Source of the DNA: Phoronis australis
Taxonomy: Eukaryota > Animalia > Phoronida
Length of the DNA stretch: 64,000 nt
Assembly: GCA_002633005.1 (NCBI GenBank)
Contig: NMRA01000094.1
Span: 522,597 to 586,596 of the forward strand
Reading direction: 5' to 3'
The stretch's first letter is position 1, and each line of letters begins with the position of its first letter. A program made the position numbers and the translations under genes. Under the pieces are notes generated by a model that saw only the letters and a list, made by a program, of their open reading frames with translations, had not been told where the DNA came from and ran no database searches. Positions 1-11,700 of the stretch are shown here, piece by piece.

Positions 1-48
1 GTCTCTAGAATATTCCAGACTACTTCAATCACAGCCACGCTAGAGTCT

Positions 49-174
49 TCTAGAAAGTTCCTCACTATACTGTAGTAAACAAATGACATCATCATTGTAC
101 TGACCTCAGTCCTCTAGAAAGTTCCATACTATTCTGCAGTAAACAAATTACATCATCACTGTACTTAACCCAGG
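49..174. repeat. Imperfect ~64-bp tandem duplication, possibly within an LTR-like terminus that ends near 246
   Basis: TCTAGAAAGTTCC..TA..CTG.AGTAAACAAAT.ACATCATCA.TGTACT..CC occurs twice in tandem. The segment ends in ...CTGACA immediately before the Gypsy pol homology begins. Confidence 0.6.
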
Positions 175-246
175 GGTCAAGCCAATCAAACAGAATAACA
201 AAACAAAGCAATAGAAATAAAAACAGTGTCAGTCTATATTCTGACA

Positions 247-2250
247 GTCATCACACTCCCCCGTCCTGAGGATAACCTATGGATTGTGACAGACGCCTCT
301 GGCAAGCACCCAGGGATAGCAGCCAGCCTATATGTTACGAGGGAAGAAAAACCCAAGATCGCTTCCTTCTTCAGTGCCAAGCTTTTTGTAGTATTTTGGC
401 TTCCCTGTGAGGTTGAAGCATTGGCAATTGCAGTGGGCTTGAAGCACTTCAGTCCATACCTCATCCAGTCCCAGCATCGTGCTACGGTCCTCACTGACAG
501 TAAGCCGTGTGTACAGGCCTTTAATCGCTTATGTAGAGGTGAATTTTCTTTGAGTCCTCGAGTATCTACATTTTTGTCAGTTTTATCTTGGTTCCAAGCT
601 ACTGTTCGCCATGTTTCAGGTGCCTCGAACATTGTATCAGAGTTTGCAAGCCAACATAGTATTGAGTGTTCAGACATGGCGTGCCAGGTATGCTCCTTCG
701 AGGCCTCTACCGAAGATTGTGTGGTCTTTCGTTCATCCACAGACGACATCTTATCGGGTGTGTCGAGGCTTCCGTTGACTATCCGCTCTGCTTGGCATAG
801 TGTCCAAACTGAGTGCTCGAACCTTCGTCGTACTCATGCTCATCTCACTCAGGGTACGCGTCCCAGTAGGACGCTGATTGATTTTCGAGATGTAAAGCGT
901 TACCTAAACATTGTCAAGGACGCTAGTGATGGTTCACTAATTGTCCATAGAAATGCACTCCTCGCTCCTATTCGCAAATGCATAGTTGTTCCATGTTCTG
1001 TCTTAGACGGTCTACTCATGGCTTTTCACCTCCGCTTGGATCATCCCAATCAGCTGAAGCTAGTTACCCAAAGTTACTTCTACGCTCTCGACTTGGACTC
1101 CGCCATTGACAGATGTTCAAAACCTTGCCACCAGTGTTGATCCCTTCAGACATTCCCCAAGACGTTGATCACTTAAGATTCTTCTGACCTTCTCCGACTG
1201 TCAGTCTATCTTTCGCTGCAGATGTCATGAAACGTGATCGCCAATTGATCCTCGTTCTGCGGGAATGTGCGTCCTCCTACACTGTCGCACGCATTGTCGA
1301 AAGTGCACGCCGTAACAACTTGAAAAATCGTCTTCTTCAAATGTGCATAGAACTGTGTCCTTTGGATGGCCTCCATAAGTTATCCGTACGGATCAGGCTC
1401 CCGGCTTCAGTGCTTTGAAGGACGATGATCTCCTCAAACGACACATGGTTACTATTGAACTTGGCCGTGTTAAGAATCCAAATCACAACCCAGTCGCTGA
1501 AAAGGCTATTGAAGAGCTTTCCAATGAGTTACTACGTAAACACATGGTCCATGGCAAGGTAACGTCTTTGCAGCTTTCACTTGCAGTTACCCGACTTAAG
1601 AGTCGGCTACGTTTAAGAGGATTATCTGTCCGAAAAATGCTATTCCAACAAGACCAATTTACCTGCGAACAAATTCCCGTCACAGTCCTCACCCTGATCG
1701 AGGCACAACGACTCCAACGTGAAAGGAACCATGAACCCAGCTCGAGATCTATGGCTCCTGTGGCTAAACTCCCTCCTACGTGCAACGCTACAGCTGGAGA
1801 TTTAGTTTATCTCTATGGTGATCACGATAAGATTCGCTTCCGTCCTCGCTATCTCGTGGTAAGTCGCGACAGCTCTTGGCTCAACATTCAGAAATTTATT
1901 AGCAACCAACTTCGTTCAACATCCTATCGTGTTAAGCATACGGAGTGCTACAAAGTCCCTCATGAGATGGTCCTCATCACGTTCCCCGGGGCTTCCTCTT
2001 CCAGCTTTGAACCAGCTGATAGCTGATGATGACGATCCTATTACGCCACTATCCTCAAGGCCGACGCCCATCTCACAACCTCTACTCGAGCTTCCCGCTC
2101 CCGAAGTTCCCTCTGAGTTGGCCCCTGTCGGTCATACACCGTCCGAGGATCCAGCTGTGCCTTTCAACTCCGGTCACTTGATGTCACGTCCGAAGCAGTT
2201 GATGTCCCTCCTCGACGCTTTTATTACTACTGGCGGAGCAAGAATGTAAT
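247..2250 (+). mobile_element. Degenerate Ty3/Gypsy LTR-retrotransposon pol fragment (RNase H + integrase)
   Basis: RNase H motifs LWIVTDAS, PCEVEALAIA, VLTDSKP and HVSGASN. Integrase HHCC finger (HLRLDH...CHQC). Catalytic D,D,E segments FAADVMK, RTDQAPGF (read across a frameshift) and NPVAEKAIEEL, then a GDLVY C-terminal motif. Broken by stops and frameshifts. Confidence 0.9.
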
Positions 2251-2349
2251 TTTAACTACACATTCGCCTTAAACCACACGGGAAGGATGACCGTTTTGCT
2301 TACTGACAAACCAATGTCTGCTTGACGAAAGAAACAAATTCAGAGTTAC

Positions 2350-2530
2350 ACGATCACAGAGTCACACGTTATATACACCAATACTCACATAAACACAAAT
2401 ACAGAGGCAGACGTGCACAAACACAGAATCACAAACACTCAAACACAATCATACATAAACAAACACAAACGCAAAGTCACATGCGCTCAAACACAGAGCC
2501 ACACGCGCACAAACGGAGTCACAAAATGCA
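2350..2530. repeat. Degenerate CA/ACAC-rich low-complexity tract
   Basis: Runs of ACAC/AAACAC. It explains the spurious His/Thr/Gln-rich ORF 2322..2621. Confidence 0.7.
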
Positions 2531-3599
2531 AAAACAGTGTTTTTGTGGCCAAATTGCAATTTCCATGTATCCTTGCGAGTTTGTGACAGTTAACGTGTCT
2601 CTGGAGTTTTTCTTAAGATGATTTAAAATCCTTCTCGATTTCTTTTCTTGAACTCGGCTCATAATTTCCGTAAAACCACATTTGTGCACATCTGTGTACG
2701 AGTCATGCCACAAGCAAGATTTTAGTTAGAGCATCTGTCTAAAAACACCAATTTTTACCATACGAAAAGTTGCACGAAAAAGTGTAGTGTGTATACACAT
2801 GAGAGGCGCACCATAGGAGACTGGGGGGCTCATAATCCGCCACTTATTTAAGTGCTGCGCCGACCATGAACAGGTGTTTAGACAACTACCAAATATAGCA
2901 TAAGGAGCACCCACGGCCAGTAAAAGTCCAACACTTGATTATCAGATGATCGCGTGACAGCCGCCTATAGTGTTGTGCTGGAAATAAACAGATGTTCTGT
3001 CTCAATGCCAGAAAAGGTGTCGAACGATGGTGATTTCAGGGCATTGTATATTATTAAACGCGACCATGAACACTTAAGAATCACTTTATTAAGACGAATC
3101 ACGGTGATTGTTGGGCTACCGTTTGTCGCAACAATTGAAAAACGTCAAATGTATCGGGAAACAAATCGCCTGAAAACGTTTTCACGGAACCAAAAGTTAC
3201 TGTACATAGTGGTGAAAACTAAGATATACAAGACCAGTTCGCCGAGAGACTAGAAGTACACCTAGAGTCGAAAGCTACACAAATAAGCTGGCCTGGTCCG
3301 TCGCGAGACCAAAGGTACACTATGCAAAATATTTGAATTGAAAACTGCTCCCTAGACACCTTTTGGTCCCCAGTGGGTGCTCGTACACGTATTTTATGCA
3401 TCTTGTTCATTTACAAAACTACACTCGACAAAATATGACCACACAATATTTCGAAACATACTTGTTTCATTCTCAAGTGGAAAGAAAATGACGCAGTAAC
3501 ACCAGCACAGAGCATAAGCTGGAAACGTACGCAGTGGGACACGGCAGGTGTGAAATAGTGCGAAGAATGACAAATGAAGGGGCGTAACAGGAAAGTCAA

Positions 3600-5030
3600 G
3601 CAAACAATTGTAACGTGCGGCGCGACACTGTTTGCTAATTGCTCATTCAAAACAGGCTTCTCAAATGCATTCAAAAGGGACTCCAATGCTTTCAATTGTA
3701 GCACATCGTGCTCTACGTACCGAATTGAGGTTTTTTCCACAATTTCTTGACGTGTGATTTATGTTCGTGACATTGCAGAAAATTTTCTTGGATGGCGCCA
3801 TTTTGAAGATGCGTAAATAACCGACGGTGAAGACAGCAAACCGTTTGACCAATGTAACATTGCTTGACATTTGAATGAAGAAATTCGTTCATAGGACATA
3901 CAAACTCCTATACAATACTACACTGGGCAATTGGGCGCACTTTCGCTTTAGAAATGTTCTTTTTCATGACCAAGTTGGAGGACTTCCTATTCCGATAATA
4001 AATAATAACATCGAGGTAATCATCGGGCTTACAAACTTTAACATTATCCCTAATGATTTTCTTAATGGCGTGTTTGTCCTGGAGGTAATTATTGGACATA
4101 ACATTTTTGTAAAATACCTTTTTGGTCACACCGATCCGACGTGCAGGGACAATTTTGGACATGAAGCGATTAATATGGAGGTCTACAAAAGCATTGGTGG
4201 GCCCATTATTTACCAGGGTTTGTCTTATACGATCTACCTCTCGATTGAAAAATAACCATTTGGACGGCACTGAATACGCCCTCTTTAGGGCACTCGCTTT
4301 TGGCGTGAAGACAGAAACCTTTATATGTAGGCTTGTGAAGTAGTGATAAACTGATGTAGACAATTCAAATGTAGAATAGCTCACAAGCACGTCCAAAAAC
4401 GGAATCTTGTCATTTACATGGAGCTTCTGGGTACACGTCAATACAGAGTGACGTTCAAGTTCATCACGTACTAATAACAAGTCATCAAAAGCACAATAAA
4501 CAAAAATATCGTCTACGTATCGTACATAGATAGGAATACCACCAATCACAGGCATATAGAATTCCGAAAAAGTGGGACCGAGAGGAGAGCCCATGCTCAA
4601 ACCATCTTTTTGTAGAAACAACTTGTCATTTATATGGCGAAATGGTACTTAGGTAGTGCAGATGGTAAACAACTCTCTCATTTGAGTTGGTGAAATGCCG
4701 GGTGGCTTTAAATGTGGGTGACGGTATACACTATCCAAAATGATAGTAATGGTCTCATCCACGGTACGTTGGTGAGCAAATACACTCAGCGTCAAGCGAC
4801 ATAGGTTGGTATGGCACTTGTGTGCTCAAAATGTCGATGAAATCTTCACGAGATTTAGTGGAGTAACGACTCTGAATGTAAGGTTTTATGATGTCATGAA
4901 GATGCTTAGCTGTTTTGTACGTTCGCGTCAGGACTTGGGATATTATTGGAGGTAGTGGAACATCTCTGCTACCTGGCAGCCAGAAATAGAAATTCTCATT
5001 GCAAACTCTCGCCACTGGATCGGGATCCCT
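3600..5030 (-). mobile_element. Penelope-like retroelement remnant (RT + GIY-YIG endonuclease)
   Basis: Minus-strand RT motifs QKDGLSMGSPLGP, YVRYVDDIF and IPFLDV. These are followed by a GIY-YIG-like IV*EFVCP...CYIGQT...HRRL and a C-terminal LKALESLL..EKPVLNEQ. This RT-then-GIY-YIG order is typical of Penelope/Poseidon elements. Several frameshifts. Confidence 0.88.
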
Positions 5031-5448
5031 TTATTTTGTTGACTTCGATCACTGCCTATTTTAATAAATTGCAACTATTCAAGTCAAATGTGGTCGCCAT
5101 ACTATACTAACAGTAAACTTAGGGCGTTTCCCAGATTTTAACCAATGGCTGAATGAGAAGCCATTTAACAACATTCGACAGTGCTCCCTTACGTAACACT
5201 GTGAAAGAGTTAACTACGGGCCTGCGTGACAAACGCGACGCAGGTTGTCTACGAATGTGCAGGTTGGTGGTTAAATGCCCCAAAATCACAGTTGCGTAGG
5301 GTTATTTTCGGATGCGGCTATTACCAAAACATGAAGCACTATGACATCATAATGCTGTGATGTAAAATGTGGTGCAAATTGTTTGTGTTATCATACATGT
5401 GCTTCACGAAATATGCACTTGTGATATGCTTGACAACATTCCACTAAG

Positions 5449-5719
5449 ATGAACCACAAAAGCAAATCTGAGTTTGAGACAACAGATTGCAAAAACGAAA
5501 TCGCAAATTTTCCGACAGTTTGCAAACATGTGAAACAGCATAATGGTGTTCCTGTTGTCCAAACGCCAAAACAATTGATAATGAAAGACAGCAAAATGTC
5601 TTGGGCCATTTGCATGGCAGCGTTTTCAATACAAGTCTTTGATGTAGGCATTATGCATATATTTGGAGTCTTCTTCGTAGTATTCGTAAAGGACTTTAAA
5701 TCAACTAAAGCTGAGGCAG
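5449..5719 (+). CDS. SLC16 transporter coding exon 1
   Basis: ATG at 5449, encodes TM1, donor G|GTAAAA at 5720 (phase 1). Confidence 0.88.
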
Positions 5720-8700
5720 GTAAAAACACTTGTTATCGTATTCAATATAACCCATCTTGTGCAGCAAGTATAGCTTGCCAACACTGCCAACTTTGCCGTA
5801 GGCTGATACTTGGTCACGGGGGCAATATTAGCTCCTGCCTTTTCGATTTTGTTCCTTAAGGTTTTGTTTACCCTAAAATAGTTGGGCTTCTTCCCGAGAC
5901 TTGCGTTTGAAACGTTATTAAGTATTTGACAATGATTCCATCTAGTCAGCACTACATATATATATTACGTTGTTCTGGAGTATTTGCATGCACTTGCTTT
6001 ATTTCAGCGTGGATTGGCTCAGCATGTTATGGCCTCGCTTTGGCTTGCGGTCCGCTCTCTGGTCTTCTCATGCACAGATTTGGTAACGTCGCCGTATCCA
6101 TGAGCGGTGCATTTATTTGTGCCCTAGCCATGGTGCTCACATCGTTTGTAAAGAGTCTGAATATGCTCTACTTGACATTTTCAATCATGTATGGTATCGG
6201 ATGTAGTTTAGCTTATACGCCAACTATGTGCATTTCTGGAGTGTATTTTGAAAAGTATGTGTCTTTCGCACTTGGTATAATGACGGCCGGAAGTAGTTTT
6301 GGGACACTTATCTTGGCGCCGATTTCGCAGGTTATTATTGACAGTCTTGGGTGGAGAAATACATTCCGCATCTTGGGAGGCTTCAATTTGATGACAATGA
6401 TGAGTGGTTATATGTTTAAGCCTGCCGTTGAGAAAGTAAAGAGCAATCAGATGTCAGCGGACATCGTCACGCCGTCATGGCGGAAACGAATCCTAAAACA
6501 GCTCGATCTTTGCAAATCACCTCTTTTTGGAGTTTGGGTCTTTGCAATATGCTGCGTTCAGTTCGGGTATTACATTCCATACGTTCATTTGGTGAGTCAT
6601 TTTAACTATTGCTGCTGGAGCGGTTATAAATTAGGTCTTGGTGCAAAAATGACTTTCTTCACAGACGGCGCAGAAACCCGCCGAGCCACCAAAATTCCAT
6701 GAGCATGGTCTGAAGAAATAATGATTTGTCAGTTCTTTTCAATTCTAATAGCGACGAGACCGATTTTATAACGCTAAGTTGTCTAAATTTGACAGAAGGC
6801 CCGGGTTATTGCATTGGGATTCATTTTAATATCTAAATGTTTTCGACAGAACTGCAGCTGAATCAAAGTTAAACACGTTTGGAAGCAGGATTAACTCATT
6901 TACAATGAAAAAATATAATTGGACACAAATACATTCTTATATTGCTGTGTATTTCCCAATATGTTGCCTGCCTACAACGGGAGATCGGTGTTCACACCGG
7001 GATACCGTTCAGCTTGCAGATATGTACAACTTTATCGAATCAACTTGAATGCACCCTTCCTCAATTTCGTCCACCAGTTTGAATACCTAATTAGGAAGAG
7101 TGAGTAGTCACATTCTCGTGCGTTGAAAATGAGTGAGAGAAACTGTTTTTGATAAAGAAGCTTTGTCAAAGATGCTGGATGACCAAAGCTAAAAGAATGT
7201 GCAACTCCGTTTTTTGTTCATTTCCGAAGAGTCCAGCAACGATCGTGTAGATATGCGTTGGAAACAGTGTAGGCATGGTGTTTTAAAGATGTTAACGAAA
7301 ATAGTCTCCAAATGTGGGCACAAAACTTATGGAACTCCAGTGCAGTTCGCGGAGATTGTTCAGGCTGGGAACAACTTGCAAAAATTTCGTTGTTTTCTCG
7401 AATGAAAATTGGTGTTCAATTTGAGCCAATATTACAGCAGTCGAATGAGAAGTACTCATTCTGTGGAACATGCAAAAGGCTTAAAGGCGCATAAGCTGAG
7501 TTTTAGCTAAAATAACTCTCAAAACCGTTTAACCAGTTCTGTTGTACGACATAAATTTTAGGAAGTTACTAAATTTCAATACATTATATAAATTTTTCAA
7601 ACCACTCATTTAGTACTACCTAAGAGTAAAATTTTTATAACAGTGTGTTTGTTCGAGATAATCATTAGTATAACGCATACGCTCCTACAAAAACCTAAAG
7701 GTTATGCCCAGAACATAAAAGAATGGCGGAAAATCCAGAATAGTCGTGCGGCAGTACTACAATGAGACGCGCGCAGCCTTTAGTATTCTGATGATGAGAA
7801 ACGAGTAATCCAATGCTCCAACCGAGAAGGATTGCACACCGATAACGAAGTACTGGTAAGTTACACCAGGCTTCTGTAGCACGGAAAAGATTGTAGGTCA
7901 TAGTCAGTCAAAGGTGTAAATTGAAAGTTACAATTTCTAGCGTAGTTGTTATTGGGTCTCCGTTGTTAGAAGTGAACACGACACGTCGCAGTCAGTGGAA
8001 GAACAACTTATCAGGGTATTTTGCTCAGTGATTATTACACGTACACTTTGCAGTTTGATTAAATTCGAAGGCAGTTCTTTAGTGAGAGGATTAACAAATG
8101 TGAATGCCCCCCCCCCGCAGTCGCTACCCGTTCCCACTCTCCCCAAGCATTGAGACTTTTTAACATATTTTAGTCGCTTTTTATTTTGTGGGGGATCTGT
8201 CGTGCTGACTCTCAATTTCATGTGTGAGAGAGGAATATTTACGATGCCACCCTCGTGTTTTTGGGCCTACGTTCTACTTATATCCATTAGGATGTTGCAA
8301 TAGGGGGCAATCACAATTCAAAAGACCAAGAATCATTTGGTTGCCTTAAAAAGAGTGTTGCGTTATTTTTCGTCATGTCCGTATAGGAGTCCCATTTATT
8401 ACGCTTGTTAGTTTAAGCTATGATACATGTGACTAGTATCCAATTAGTGACCTAGTCCGGATTATCGTTGTCCGGGGCGGAAGATAACCGTGTTGCACTG
8501 CCCCCTTCCCTAGTCATCACCATTTTTGTGACACATCCTTCTTTATGACCCTTCCCCTCTGCCGGTGCCGCCCCCTGTCAGAGAGCCACCCACGTTGAAC
8601 TGCCGCTCTTCTTGCAATGGCACCCAATGGAGGTCGCCCTGGCACTTAAACTTTTCATGTTTAGTAGTTGGTTACGTTACAATCTGTTCACAGTCTTTTA

Positions 8701-11700
8701 CATGCTTAGGCTATACAGACACTACGATAAAAGGGAACTATGAAGTCAAAGCTGTCATTGGCGTCCGTCACTAAAAGATGGCTGAGCCTGCGGAAACTTG
8801 ACCTAGGATGGTCATCAGGCGTACAACGGCTCCAGCAAACACTCGACAATATTTTTCACGTTAGTGTTTCGCAGTAGCTTCATGTGTGCATAAACTGCAG
8901 TCATGTACAGCAAGAAAAGACTACAGTCCTATTCGATGACCGTCAGTTATATATACAGTATATAAGCCAGGCTATTTACTTTTAAATAAGTTAAATTGAG
9001 CAATAATACTCGATCACTGTTTGCCTACACTGCCGTAAGGAACATGTTTTGTAAGTGAAGTGTTCATGTAACGTAGTTCAGGTTTAGTCTATCAACCAAA
9101 GTCATCTGCTTGTCTTTGCTCGTCCACTTGACGGTTGGGATCGCCCAAAATAAATGTGTTCTTTATCCAGCTTCGACTTATTACATGTCATGCTGCAACC
9201 CAGCGTTCGAACTATACACTGCCCAAGCCGGTGGTCAGTGGATTTGCGGCCAGACCAGTAAAACTCATACATAGACCCTATGTGGATGTGGTCTCATATT
9301 CAAGTAACTGGCCCGGTGGGCCAGCACATTTATTTGCTGAAGTTCGAACACTGCTGCATCCCTGATTCAAATTTAAGTTATGTTAAAGGAGAATGCCACC
9401 CGATTTAATAAGTCTTTTTACCGTCTTATATATCCACATCGCCTCTTATACGGTCGACCTCACCTTGCCGATATGATGGGCCGTTGGGGGAAAGTGTCGC
9501 CGGAAAAATACGAGCGTAATTATGTACATTACGCCGTAATTTACGCCGTAAAATTACGAGCGTAATTTAATTCTTTACGGCGTAAAATTACGCTTGTAAT
9601 TTAGTTTAAGCTCTTAGCTAATGACGTTGGTTTTACAATCCACGGTGGCGCGTGCTCATGAAAATACTTATTTACTGACGGGTTACATGTCTACCATACG
9701 AGCGCTGAATCATGGCGGATCAAATCGCTGCTGCAATGTCAGCGATTATGCAAGAACGAGCTGCCCAGCAACAGTCGTGTATGTTAGGTCAACACTGATT
9801 GGTTTAAATTTGGAACGTTCTTAAGGTATTTTACGAGTGTAATTTACGGCGACATTTCCCCACTTAATTTACGGGCGTAATTTTACTGCAACGCTTTTGC
9901 AATTTAATTTACGCTCGTAATTACGAGCGTAATTTTACGGCGACACTTTCCCCTTAAAGGCCCACCATATGTCGAAAGGTGTCGCGTTAACCTGTGAGGA
10001 AGGTGAGAAGCGACGCAGAGACGTCAGTGGTTCGTCTGCAGAGTGAATGCCGCTATATTGCGGCGCATCGGTTCCCGCTTGTCCGAACTATGAAGCTGCG
10101 AAGAAAGCAGGTATATCGTTTTTTCGACTTCCTCGAGAGCCCGAAATGCTTAGGAAGTGGCTCGCGGTGGTGAAGAATGAAAGGTATGCTGTTAATAGCA
10201 AGTATGAGGCCGTGAAACATCTCCGTGTCTGTGGCCGGCATTTCGTCGACAGTGATTTCTCTGACGAATTCCGGATTATCAAAGAACTATGCATGTTCAC
10301 GGCGCCTCTCTAGTATTTCTTGATCAGTGTATTCCGGTTCGAACTGATAGTCTGTGAAACCTAACGATCCGACCCGTGAATTCTTCGTCGGATGAGCTCT
10401 TGACTAAGTCGGGATTGGCGCCGGGCGAGTTGCTATGTAGACGTTTATTATTCTGCGTTATGTTTCAAAATGAATTATTCGCATCCTAAAATGATCCTAA
10501 TCAATGCTTATATCATGAAACTGAAACAAAGTCTGTCTTATTAGATACAATGTGTAATGCCTTGGAGTGCTCGTGAGTGCAAATGTTTTGAGAAGCCAGC
10601 AATGAATAAACCACTGCGTTAGGTTACCGGCTTTTGATGCCGGCATTGAAAGGTATTGACCGGGCACCGAGGCCGTGTGAGCGCAAGCTAATTCAGTGTT
10701 TGCTGACTGAAAGCTGTTGTGGAGCAATTACTCGATTTTATATGCTATTGTCAAATGTTAGGGGAATCTTTATTTAGAAATGCAAATTCATTATTCAAAT
10801 CATTGTTACTGTACAACCTTTGCTTTGACGGTCTGAGGAACTTCGCGGCCCCCGACAAGTAGATTTTCAGTTTCGTGGCTTATTCACATATACGTGCACA
10901 TTATTTCTTTGGCTCACAAGTCTTTTCGTGACTGGAGGTTTAGTTTCCAACTCAAGCTGGTTTATGCTCGTGCCAGTCCCGGCGGCCGCGATGGGCCTGA
11001 TCGGGTTCCGAGCCAGTGTTTTGTGTGTTTAGAACTCAAAAAATCACAAGTATAAGCAACCCAGATCTAGGTTCTCCTGTCTGTATGTCACTGAAGAATA
11101 CTTCGAATTTAACTCCAGACAGACCACAAACTCCTGCTACGGCATTACCCTTGGTAAATCTTGGCCTGCCGAACGGTGTGTCCAAATACCCGTAAATCCG
11201 TAACAGCGAAATAAAACAACACTTTTTTATAAGAACTCGGTGTATTTTTAAGGGTTTTACATCGAAGTTTGGTGATTTATAGGTGTTAAACGATGAATTC
11301 AAGCGATAAGCTGACACCACTAACCTGTGTTGAGAACTGCTGAACAGACTGCGTGTGAAACCAATTACGTCATTGGATAATTTCAACACATCCGTCTGCC
11401 GTCAGGTAACGCAACCGAACGTGCCATTATCGAGTAGAACTACACGATCTAAATTGATACAAAATAGGTTGTTTTTGGGTGGCATTCTCTTTTACGAATT
11501 ACTGGTGCATGCTACACTTATTGTTATAGAGCTTGACCTTTTTCATGGGGCGTCCAGTCTGTGATTCATTGTGATTACTTCATTGTGATTACGTCATTGC
11601 TGTGTTAAGCTGTTATAAACCCACCTGTGTAAAATGAATCATGGATTTTGATCACTAGACGTTTCTTTACTTAGAGGTAATTACTGGTTATAGAAGGAAG

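Larger units (their letters stand above)
9387..11491 (+). mobile_element. Kolobok-type non-autonomous DNA transposon, copy 1 (in SLC16 intron 2; carries a nested MITE)
   Basis: TTAA|AGGAGAATGCCACCC ... GGGTGGCATTCTCTT|TTAC gives a 15-bp TIR and a TTAA-type target site. It contains a THAP ORF and is homologous along its length to 55653-57296. Confidence 0.85.
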
